The translations under genes were made by a program, and so were the position numbers. From Bacteroidales bacterium (GTDB lineage: Bacteria; Bacteroidota; Bacteroidia; Bacteroidales; JAADJA01), in contig JAUVJI010000003.1 in NCBI GenBank assembly GCA_030596605.1, forward strand, positions 3,346-67,345: DNA of 64,000 nucleotides, given 5' to 3'. Of the stretch, positions 50,591 through 61,238 are shown piece after piece. The stretch's first letter is position 1. Every line of letters begins with the position of its first letter. The notes under the pieces are model-generated. The model was not told the DNA's origin. It was given only the letters and a program-made list of their open reading frames with translations, and did not search any database.

Positions 50591-51859
50591 TTATTTGACT
50601 ACAATAGCTTTTTTAACCAAAAGGCTATTGCCAGAAACCAATTTATAAAAGTAAATCCCATTGGGTACTTTTTGTCCGGCATCATCATCACCGTACCATT
50701 TAATATCGTATTTCCCGGAAACAAAAGACTGATTATTGATTAATGTCTTTACCCTGTTACCTTTGGAATCAATTACAACCATCGACATTGTTGAAATAGC
50801 TTTCTTCAGCTCAAATTCAATCGTTGTAAAATTTTCGAATGGATTGGGATAACAGTTATTTAAAAAAAGGTGTTGTGAGGTTGTGGGTAAAATATCAGTT
50901 TCTTCTTCATTTATTCCGGTAAGTAAAGTATCTCCACGCGGATTCACTACACCATCAATCATGTAAAACTTTTGTTCAAACTCAAAAGTAGATATAGTGT
51001 TGCATATTTCATCACCAATGGTATCAATTGGAAATCCTAATGTAGTATCTGCAAAAATTGAACCTACTCCCAAATAACAATTATCTAAAAAGCCCCCAAA
51101 TAGGACAACTATGTCATAATCACAAGGTCCACCGAAAAAACCTCCAACACTATTTAATATATTACACCCAAAAACTAAAGGGGAAGGGTAATTTTCAGTA
51201 TCCTGAAAAAATGACCAAACGTTACACCATATTGCTATTCCCCTGAAAAAATTCTTAAATGTGCAATAACTCACTATTGGGTAGCTTTGGCCTTTTATTC
51301 CAATAGCAGAACATCCTCCTTCTTCAGCATTTGTACCCATATACATAATTGTACAATGATCAATAATTGGTGAAGCATTCTCACAAAAAATAGCTGTTTC
51401 TTTGTCATCGTCAATATGTGTTGCTGCTCGTATAGTGCAATATTTAAGAATACTTTCTCCATTTTTCGAAGCATTAATAAATTCAATTCCATTCCACCAA
51501 TGTCCGCTGCCAGCAGTAAAGGTTGCTTCAGGATCACCTAAATGAATGGGTTCTTCGACAGTACCAGCAGCTAAAATACATCCGTAAATTATCATCCCCC
51601 GTTTTATTGTATAAGGCGATATATAACTAATAAACAAAACAGTTTCACCTGGTAAAATCCTTAATGTGTCATTTTCCAAAATGGTAATATCGCAATCCAC
51701 TTCATACATTTGGTCAACCGTATTATAGTTTATATCATCGCTTAACAGGCAAAGCGTATCCATCGTATAGCACACCCCTTCATTGGAGGATGTCCAGGCG
51801 GAGAGGTTTTGAATTGAAAACAACAGAACCAATAATATTGAAAGGAGAAAAGACTTCAT
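50591..51859 (-). CDS. Secreted parallel beta-helix protein with FlgD-Ig/T9SS-type C-terminal domain
   Basis: Signal peptide; WNGIEF and SPIIDHCTI beta-helix motifs; CYPNPF...KWYGDDDAGQKVPNGIYFYKL. Confidence 0.85.
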   Translation of the reverse strand: MKSFLLSILLVLLFSIQNLSAWTSSNEGVCYTMDTLCLLSDDINYNTVDQMYEVDCDITILENDTLRILPGETVLFISYISPYTIKRGMIIYGCILAAGTVEEPIHLGDPEATFTAGSGHWWNGIEFINASKNGESILKYCTIRAATHIDDDKETAIFCENASPIIDHCTIMYMGTNAEEGGCSAIGIKGQSYPIVSYCTFKNFFRGIAIWCNVWSFFQDTENYPSPLVFGCNILNSVGGFFGGPCDYDIVVLFGGFLDNCYLGVGSIFADTTLGFPIDTIGDEICNTISTFEFEQKFYMIDGVVNPRGDTLLTGINEEETDILPTTSQHLFLNNCYPNPFENFTTIEFELKKAISTMSMVVIDSKGNRVKTLINNQSFVSGKYDIKWYGDDDAGQKVPNGIYFYKLVSGNSLLVKKAIVVK

Positions 51860-51909
51860 CGTCTTGCAAATTATATTGAAGTTAAAATTACAACTTTTTC
51901 ATGAATTGA

Positions 51910-51965
51910 ATATTCGTCCGACCACTGTGCATAAGGCAGGCGCACTGGCAGTGGTCAGACGAATA
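51910..51965. repeat. 56-bp palindromic element, copy 2 (direct repeat of copy 1)
   Basis: ATATTCGTCCGACCACTGTGCATAAGGCAGGCGCACTGGCAGTGGTCAGACGAATA; 50/56 identical to copy 1. Confidence 0.92.
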
Positions 51966-52058
51966 GATACCATTTAAAATCATTACTGTTTTAACAATAA
52001 ATAAGACATTTTTGCAGTTTTTTTGAGTAATTTTGCATTATAACTGACAATTTGATAC

Positions 52059-53288
52059 ATGGATGTTCAGGCGATAAAACTACGGTTTGGTATTATAGGA
52101 ACTTCTCCTTTATTAGACAGGGCGATTGATATTGCACGACAGGTGGCCCCCACTGACCTTACAGTATTGATTACAGGGGCAAGTGGGGTTGGAAAAGAAG
52201 CGTTTCCAAAAATCATACACCAGCTTAGTTCAAGAAAGCATGGACCATATATTGCTGTAAACTGTGGCGCTATCCCTGAAGGGACAATTGATTCAGAATT
52301 ATTCGGACATGAGAAAGGATCTTTCACCGGCGCCCATGATGCAAGAAAAGGATACTTTGAAGTTGTAAACACAGGTACCATTTTTTTGGATGAAATAGCT
52401 GAACTCCCGCTGTCAACTCAAGTAAGGTTACTTCGTGTTTTGGAATCAGGAGAATTTCTGAAAGTAGGTTCTTCTAAAGTAATTAAAACCGATGTAAGAG
52501 TAGTAGCAGCAACCAATATGGATATTCTTGAGGCAATTAGTAATGGAAAGTTCAGGGAAGATCTTTACTATCGCTTAAATACGGTTCCTATAATAGTGCC
52601 GGCACTAAAAGAAAGAAAAGAAGACATTCACCTTCTTTTCAGAAAATTTGCCACTGATTTTGCTGAAAAATACAGGATGCCGGCTCTTCAACTTGACCAA
52701 GGGGCCATTAAAATTCTTGTTAATTACAGATGGCAGGGAAATGTCAGACAATTAAAAAATATTACAGAACAAATATCAATAATTGAGAAAACCAGGGAAA
52801 TAAATGCCCAGACACTTTCAAAATATCTTCCACGAAGTCATAACAGGGATCTTCCGGTCTTATATCGTCGAGATGAAGAAAGAAAAGAAATATCGGAGCG
52901 TGACTTGCTTTACAAGGTATTGTTCGATATGAAAAAAGACATTAACGATCTAAAGGGGGTGGTTGGTGAAATACTTCAAAATGAAGATGCCACCAAAGAC
53001 ATTCAGCAAAACAATGCTCAATTGATAAAAAAACTTTATCAAAATATTGAGTCAACTGAAGAACAAGCAGATGACATTCATATCCATTATCCTCAGGATG
53101 TCCACATTGATGAACCCATACAGGAATCAGAGGTGATTGAGGAATCTCTTTCAATACAGGAGAAAGAGGTTGACCTTATAAGAAAAGCGCTGACCAAACA
53201 TAATGGTAAACGAAAAAATGCAGCCAGGGAGCTGGGAATATCAGAACGTACACTTTATCGAAAAATTAAGGAACACCATATCATTTAA
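52059..53288 (+). CDS. Sigma54-dependent Fis-family transcriptional activator without a receiver domain
   Basis: GASGVGKE, ELFGHEKGSFTGA, FLDEI and FREDLYYRL motifs; C-terminal HTH. Confidence 0.92.
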   Translation: MDVQAIKLRFGIIGTSPLLDRAIDIARQVAPTDLTVLITGASGVGKEAFPKIIHQLSSRKHGPYIAVNCGAIPEGTIDSELFGHEKGSFTGAHDARKGYFEVVNTGTIFLDEIAELPLSTQVRLLRVLESGEFLKVGSSKVIKTDVRVVAATNMDILEAISNGKFREDLYYRLNTVPIIVPALKERKEDIHLLFRKFATDFAEKYRMPALQLDQGAIKILVNYRWQGNVRQLKNITEQISIIEKTREINAQTLSKYLPRSHNRDLPVLYRRDEERKEISERDLLYKVLFDMKKDINDLKGVVGEILQNEDATKDIQQNNAQLIKKLYQNIESTEEQADDIHIHYPQDVHIDEPIQESEVIEESLSIQEKEVDLIRKALTKHNGKRKNAARELGISERTLYRKIKEHHII

Positions 53289-53309
53289 TCTATTCGGTTA
53301 GTTCAGAAG

Positions 53310-53822
53310 ATGATTATTAAACACATTAAAATACTGTCCTTAACCATGGTCATTATATTTTTACATGGATGTAAAATGAACTATTCGTTTACGGGGGCTT
53401 CTATTCCACCTGATGTAAAAACGATCAACATCATGTATTTTCCAAATAATGCTTCTCTTGTAGCGCCCACACTTAGCCAAAAATTAACTGATGGGATGAG
53501 GGACAAGTTCACTTCTGAAACAAGTCTGGATTTGGTTAATGAGGGAGGCGACCTTATTTTGGAAGGATCTATTACACGATACCGGACATCACCAGTAGCA
53601 ATTCAGGGAGATGACCAAGCAGCATTAAACAGGCTTACCATTACCATTGAGGTAACTTATACAAATACCTTTGAAGAAAATATGAGTTTTGAATCATCCT
53701 TTTCAAGGTATGCCGATTATTCGAGCAGTGATAATCTGAACGATATACAGGAAGGACTGATTGAAGAAATAAATGTGATGTTAATAGAAGATGTCTTTAA
53801 CAAAGCTGTTGTGAATTGGTAA
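53310..53822 (+). CDS. lptE: LptE family lipoprotein
   Basis: LHGC lipobox; YSFTGASI and NRLTITI motifs; typical Bacteroidota context. Confidence 0.8.
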   Translation: MIIKHIKILSLTMVIIFLHGCKMNYSFTGASIPPDVKTINIMYFPNNASLVAPTLSQKLTDGMRDKFTSETSLDLVNEGGDLILEGSITRYRTSPVAIQGDDQAALNRLTITIEVTYTNTFEENMSFESSFSRYADYSSSDNLNDIQEGLIEEINVMLIEDVFNKAVVNW

Positions 53823-53845
53823 TATATGATAAATGGAATCTGAAC

Positions 53846-54700
53846 ATGAATCGTCAACAATTTATCAGTTATATCAAATCACCTGAAAAATTAAACGAGG
53901 AATCTGCTGTAAAGCTTGATGAGCTTGTAAAGGAATACCCTTATTGCCAAACTGCTGATATTTTGTTTGCACTAAATCTTTACAAAGAGAATCATATCAA
54001 ATTTAATGATCAGTTAAAAATTGCTTCAGCTTATGCTTCCGACAGAAAAATATTAAAACGATTGGTAAATTCTATTCGTGAAATAGATCAGCCTGATATA
54101 CATCCCAAAAAACCAACAACAAAAATCTTATCTGAAGCAAAGTCTTACGTAACTGAAAAACAGATTGAAGCTGACAAAACAGACATTTCCGAATTGATCA
54201 ACCTTTTGACACAGGAAGTTAATTTGATACAAATAAAATCTTCCGGAGAATTATCCAATCAAGAAACGGAAGAACTAAATAATCTAATTGATAAGTTAAC
54301 TTCCTTGCTTGATCAGGTTTACAGCTCTCCCGAATCAGAAATCAATGAAAAACTAACCTTTTCAAGTTCTGTTAGTGAATACAGTTTCGACCACCTTGAG
54401 GTTTTGCCGGAAAAGGAATCAAATAAATTGACTAAAAATAAGCTCATTGATAAATTCATTCGGGAAGAGCCTAAAATTGCACCTGTATCCAAATCTTCTT
54501 TTTTTGATCCGGTTGACTTTGCCAAACAAAGCCTGATTGACAACGACACTGTTGTTTCAGAGACACTTGCAGAGATATATTATAGCCAGGGTAACCTTTC
54601 TAAGGCCTTTAAAATATACAAAAAATTAAGTTTGGAAAATCCGGAAAAAAGCAGTTATTTTGCAGCCCAAATTGAAAAAATCCGGAAGGAGATCAAATAA
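53846..54700 (+). CDS. Conserved hypothetical protein with a C-terminal TPR-like helix pair
   Basis: YPYCQ, LIDKFI and SETLAEIY...PEKSSYFA motifs; sits between lptE and secG. Confidence 0.75.
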   Translation: MNRQQFISYIKSPEKLNEESAVKLDELVKEYPYCQTADILFALNLYKENHIKFNDQLKIASAYASDRKILKRLVNSIREIDQPDIHPKKPTTKILSEAKSYVTEKQIEADKTDISELINLLTQEVNLIQIKSSGELSNQETEELNNLIDKLTSLLDQVYSSPESEINEKLTFSSSVSEYSFDHLEVLPEKESNKLTKNKLIDKFIREEPKIAPVSKSSFFDPVDFAKQSLIDNDTVVSETLAEIYYSQGNLSKAFKIYKKLSLENPEKSSYFAAQIEKIRKEIK

Positions 54701-54729
54701 ACTGATTACGAATATAAAAGAATAACAGA

Positions 54730-55071
54730 ATGTATACAGTAATAGCAATATTAATTATAGTAATTTGTATTTTATTGACTTTGATCGTACTGGTTCAAAG
54801 TTCGAAGGGTGGTGGACTGGCCTCCAATTTTTCATCTTCCAACCAATTTATGGGCGTTAGAAAAACAGCTGACTTTCTTGAAAAGTCAACCTGGACACTG
54901 GCCATTGCCCTTTTAGCTTTCAGCCTGTTTTCAATCTTTATTATACCTCGTGGTACAAATGTGCAGGCAGGAGACAGTGAGTTGCAAGAATTATTTCAGG
55001 ATTTACCGGAAAGTCAGCCAATTGAAAATTTTGCACCTCCTCCGGGTGATGACCAAACTCCGGAAGAATAA
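54730..55071 (+). CDS. secG: Preprotein translocase subunit SecG
   Basis: VLVQSSKGGGL and FLEKSTW motifs; two TM segments. Confidence 0.92.
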   Translation: MYTVIAILIIVICILLTLIVLVQSSKGGGLASNFSSSNQFMGVRKTADFLEKSTWTLAIALLAFSLFSIFIIPRGTNVQAGDSELQELFQDLPESQPIENFAPPPGDDQTPEE

Positions 55072-55094
55072 TAGAAAAATATAATTTATTAAGT

Positions 55095-55132
55095 AAAAAT
55101 GTCAGAATGTCACTACGTTCTGACATTTTTTT
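55095..55132. terminator. Inverted repeat after secG (terminator and/or operator)
   Basis: AAAAATGTCAGAA...TTCTGACATTTTT. Confidence 0.7.
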
Positions 55133-55291
55133 ATTTAACACAATTAGAACCTCATTTTTAATCTGATCGGTTTAAGATTAATGTTAATCCTCACATAACC
55201 CTTTATTCACAACCGTTTCTAATTTTTTCCTGTAATCCTCATAAAAGTAATAGCTGCTTTCAAAAAATCATCCTTGTAATTGAAAAATAAT

Positions 55292-55308
55292 TTGGCACAA
55301 ATTATGTC
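55292..55308 (+). promoter_or_regulatory. Candidate sigma54 -24/-12 promoter for groES
   Basis: TTGGCACAAATTATGTC = GG-N10-GT, one mismatch to GG-N10-GC. Confidence 0.45.
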
Positions 55309-55363
55309 AGAGGCGATCTTACAAAATAGATAATTGTACAAATAAATTTAAAACCACAATATT

Positions 55364-57315
<1,952 letters not shown>

Positions 57316-57340
57316 TAATGATATATCATCCTAATAGATT

Positions 57341-57375
57341 AAACCCTGACAAGTTCACTTCGTCAGGGTTTTTTT
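57341..57375 (+). terminator. Intrinsic terminator of groESL
   Basis: AAACCCTGAC...GTCAGGGTTT plus T-tract. Confidence 0.85.
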
Positions 57376-57429
57376 ATTTTTGCAGGTAAGATTTATAAAA
57401 ATTATCCGTTATAAAACAAACTAATAATT

Positions 57430-57972
57430 ATGAAATTCGGTTTAATAATATTTGCAATTAGTCTTTTATTAGGTTTATTTTCTCCTCAATTAATGGCTCA
57501 AGATTTAAACTCAAAATACCCGGTTGATGAAGAAACCGGACTAATAACTTACAAGGAAGTTGTACAAGAAGAGGGCAACAAGGAGGATTATTTTAACCGG
57601 GCTATTGGCTGGATAAATGAATTTTATAAGAATCCTGTTGATGTTACAAAAGTTCGTGACCCACAAAGTGGAATTATTAAAGGACTTCACCGGTTTAAGA
57701 TAAAAGATACAAACGAAGAAGGCCTCCAAACCGATGCCGGAGTTGTCCAATACCGGTTCTTGCTCGAATTTAAAGAAGGAAGGTACAGATATACCCTTAC
57801 AGAGTTTGTTCTTCGGCAATCCTCGAAAATACCAACAGAAAAGTGGCTTAACGAAAACAATCCACAATCAAAAAGTTACCTGAAACAACTGGACAAATTT
57901 GTTCAAACCTGGATTATAAGCCTCAAAGAAGGCATGAAACCCAAGGTTGAAAAGAATGACGACGACTGGTAG
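57430..57972 (+). CDS. Exported DUF4468-like protein
   Basis: Signal peptide; YKEVV, FKEGRYRY and C-terminal DDW. Confidence 0.7.
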   Translation: MKFGLIIFAISLLLGLFSPQLMAQDLNSKYPVDEETGLITYKEVVQEEGNKEDYFNRAIGWINEFYKNPVDVTKVRDPQSGIIKGLHRFKIKDTNEEGLQTDAGVVQYRFLLEFKEGRYRYTLTEFVLRQSSKIPTEKWLNENNPQSKSYLKQLDKFVQTWIISLKEGMKPKVEKNDDDW

Positions 57973-57979
57973 GGGTTTA

Positions 57980-58007
57980 GTTGAAAGTTAAAAATTGAAG
58001 GTTCAAA
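57980..58007. repeat. Four degenerate heptamer repeats
   Basis: GTTGAAA GTTAAAA ATTGAAG GTTCAAA. Confidence 0.45.
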
Positions 58008-58159
58008 GTTATTCCAAAAAGATACCTGCCGGAAAAATTGTAAAAATCTGCAACAGCCTTCATTTAATAGCATGATTTAAATCTGGTAGATATTATTGAG
58101 GTTGTACAACGAATTTTAATTACTTTTGAGTAATTAATTCTTATCCTACAACCACAAAT

Positions 58160-61100
58160 ATGCGAAACATCTATTTAAAATGGTTTATAACACCAGCTAT
58201 TACTGCAATAATTATATGCATTGCTAACTCTGTATTTGCCAATATAACAAAAGAACAGGCAATTATTAAAATTTTGACAATTACTCATGCTAACTCAGCA
58301 ATAGTTGATATTTATGTAGCAAATGAAGAATATAAAAAAAATAGTTATGTAAAATTGATTGACAGAAAAAGAATTAAATGCCCCTACTCCGGGAACTGGG
58401 TTTTCTTTATAGACGAAAATCCCTTTTCAGGCTGGTATCACGATTGTAGAATTATTTTTGTCAGCTCTGAAAATGGTGAGTTAACCACCTACAGTGAAAA
58501 AGTTTTTCCTTCCAGACTAAAAACAGATTTTAAATTAATATCTGCTGCACCAAGGCCAACACCTCCTGATTTACCGGGAAACGTTTCAAATACACCATCT
58601 ACCGGCATAATGAGTAACTATAATTATGCGATGATCGTTTGTGCACTAGATGAGCAAACTTACTGGAATGATGTTTCCCTTATTTATAACACTTTAATCA
58701 GTGAGTACAATTATAACAAGCAAAATATTTTTGTTCATTATAATTGGAATGGATCAAGTTCCCTGCCGAATGGAAATGATCTGGATGGAAATGACGTTCC
58801 CTCTAATGATATAAAGTATGATGCTACCTGGAACAGGGTATTAAAAACACTTAAAAATTTATCCGGGCAGTTAAGTAATGATCCTGAAGTTCCGCAACTG
58901 GAGCCGGGAGACCAGTTAGCAATATTTTTTACCGGTACTCCGGTTTCAAAAGCCCTTTCCAAAACAATGGTAGGACTTTGGAGTGTAAGACGTAGAGAGG
59001 CTTATATTCAAACCCAGGAAATTGATGCTACAGCACAAATTGTTGATGATATTGAATGCTCGCAAATGACAATTATGCTTGCTGTAAATTATGCATCACA
59101 GATGGCCGATAAATTTCAAGGATCAAATGCTAAGTGTAAAAACAGATATGTTTTTCACAATACAGGATCATCTGATCTTTCACACAAAGAATTATGGATT
59201 ACAGGTGGAAATTATACTGAATTTGTTTTTTACTGGGTCTCTTCTGCCAGGGGATCATATCCCAATCCCAAGCTAAATGAACCATGGAAAGAATGGATTG
59301 TTACAGGGACGTTTCCCTTTAGGACAATAACTGGTTTTAATACCCACCCCGAAGATTACGTACCTGATACTAATAAAGATGGATTCCTGCAAATGGCGGA
59401 AACTTTTTCTTATGCAAGTAATATGGACTCATGGTGTAACAATGGATTTTATTTTAACCAATACCATTCAAATCAGGGCTCTGAATCTCCAGGCGCGATG
59501 AACCTTTTTCCTTTTACAGAAGATATTGTAACCCTTGCAGGTTTAAGCGGACAGATTGACCAGTCGCAAATAATTCCTGCCAGAAACTATATTATTGCTG
59601 ACAAACTAATTATTGCAAAGGATGTTACATTAGCGTTAAATGAAAACAGCCAAATATTTCTTCACAGGAATTTAAACCGAAATTCAAATGGTTATGCATA
59701 TATTTACTGTGAGGAAAAAAGCAACTTACAACTTGGCAACAAGACAGTTGTTATAAATAATAATGAAGCATTTAACTCGGCATATGTGGAATTCCAAGGA
59801 GACAAAATTATAATAGGAGACCAAGTAGAATTTGTTAAGGTAGATTTATATGCTGCTCCTGCTTTGGGTAACTTAGAATTAAATATGTGCCGCTTCAATT
59901 CCTGCCTGTTAAACTCTTATAAATGTAACGTTGAGATTATTAACTGCGGATTTGACAAAGTTTTTCAATATCATTCTTCTAAGAATTTAAAAATTGAAGG
60001 ATCAAACTTTTACAAAAGCAGCGCATGGTTATTAGGATCCGAACAGGATTCATACTTTGTAAAAGTTAATAATTGCACCTTTGATGGAATTTGCCCTTTC
60101 CTTAACTGGAACATTCCTTTGAATATCCATTATTATGGAAGTTTTGACATCTCGGAAAACATCCTGCAAAGCAATGATTATGGTATTTCCATGAACTATA
60201 CCGGATGGGGGGATTCCATACATCAAATTACAGACAATGATGTTTTTAACCAGAATAAAAGAGGGTTGGTATTTTACTTATCACGTGCAGACATCTCAGG
60301 AAATAATATTCACAACAACGGTTGGTCAGGGCTGGCATTTAATAATAATTGCAATTTGATTTTGGAAGGTAACCGTAACGCGCTATCAGTTAATCAAACA
60401 CAACGGATCATGGACAACGACAGGTACGAACTTTATACTGATGAAAGCAGTTTCCCGGTTATTATGAGTTGGAATGCTTTTGTTGATAGTGATAATTCGA
60501 TTTACGAACTTATTTATTGTGTGAACTCTACCGGTGTTACCAAAGATGTAAGATATAATTATTGGAACGGAAATTTTGATCCCCATGTTGATTTTTATCC
60601 TCCGGATGAATATATTTACCTACCTGTCTTTAACCTTGGAGATAAAGAAGAAGAAATTGATGAAGCAACTTCAATGTATCTAAATGGAAGAGAGTTGATA
60701 ACTCAAAAGAAATATATCCTTGCAAAGGCGGAATTCAGAAACCTTATCAGACTATATCCAAATTCAAAATTTGCTTCAGCTGCTATAAAAGAACTATTTG
60801 TAGTTGAGAAATCTTCAACCAATAATTATATATTCCTAAAGCATTACTATACAACAGATGGTATTGTTCAGGGAAACCCTGAACTTAAAAAGACCGGGGA
60901 ATTTTTTGCTAACCGCTGTGACGTGAAATTGGGAAAATGGACAAATGCCATTAATTGGTATGAAAACATTATTCAAAATCCCTCTTCTGAATCTGATTCA
61001 ATATACGCCATTATCGATTTAGGATTTGTATATTTAATGAAAGATCGGTATGAAGATCCAACAGTGATCAGTCCTGGATTACCCCAATATAAGCCAAGAT

Positions 61101-61174
61101 CATTTATTGATCATGTGGATCATAGTTTATATTTGCAATCAATTTTACAGGAAAATAAAATTAACGAACCGTAA
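58160..61174 (+). CDS. Secreted protein with a degenerate clan CD (C13-like) domain, beta-helix and TPR; no CTD
   Basis: Signal peptide; WVFFIDENP...WYHDCR, YWNDVSLIYNTL; NosD-like repeats; TPR AINWYE. Confidence 0.7.
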   Translation: MRNIYLKWFITPAITAIIICIANSVFANITKEQAIIKILTITHANSAIVDIYVANEEYKKNSYVKLIDRKRIKCPYSGNWVFFIDENPFSGWYHDCRIIFVSSENGELTTYSEKVFPSRLKTDFKLISAAPRPTPPDLPGNVSNTPSTGIMSNYNYAMIVCALDEQTYWNDVSLIYNTLISEYNYNKQNIFVHYNWNGSSSLPNGNDLDGNDVPSNDIKYDATWNRVLKTLKNLSGQLSNDPEVPQLEPGDQLAIFFTGTPVSKALSKTMVGLWSVRRREAYIQTQEIDATAQIVDDIECSQMTIMLAVNYASQMADKFQGSNAKCKNRYVFHNTGSSDLSHKELWITGGNYTEFVFYWVSSARGSYPNPKLNEPWKEWIVTGTFPFRTITGFNTHPEDYVPDTNKDGFLQMAETFSYASNMDSWCNNGFYFNQYHSNQGSESPGAMNLFPFTEDIVTLAGLSGQIDQSQIIPARNYIIADKLIIAKDVTLALNENSQIFLHRNLNRNSNGYAYIYCEEKSNLQLGNKTVVINNNEAFNSAYVEFQGDKIIIGDQVEFVKVDLYAAPALGNLELNMCRFNSCLLNSYKCNVEIINCGFDKVFQYHSSKNLKIEGSNFYKSSAWLLGSEQDSYFVKVNNCTFDGICPFLNWNIPLNIHYYGSFDISENILQSNDYGISMNYTGWGDSIHQITDNDVFNQNKRGLVFYLSRADISGNNIHNNGWSGLAFNNNCNLILEGNRNALSVNQTQRIMDNDRYELYTDESSFPVIMSWNAFVDSDNSIYELIYCVNSTGVTKDVRYNYWNGNFDPHVDFYPPDEYIYLPVFNLGDKEEEIDEATSMYLNGRELITQKKYILAKAEFRNLIRLYPNSKFASAAIKELFVVEKSSTNNYIFLKHYYTTDGIVQGNPELKKTGEFFANRCDVKLGKWTNAINWYENIIQNPSSESDSIYAIIDLGFVYLMKDRYEDPTVISPGLPQYKPRSFIDHVDHSLYLQSILQENKINEP

Positions 61175-61238
61175 TTCACAAAGGTTTTACAAGTAAAAGA
61201 GTTCCAAAATTTTGGAGATCTTATTAAACATGCTACTT

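Noticed and set aside
50531-51965. CRISPR array or classical integron attC sites
   Set aside because: Only two copies, 1.3 kb apart, with no cas genes; no RYYYAAC/GTTRRRY cores and no intI
61203-61216. Perfect palindrome TCCAAAATTTTGGA
   Set aside because: Adequately explained as a terminator-like hairpin between convergent genes
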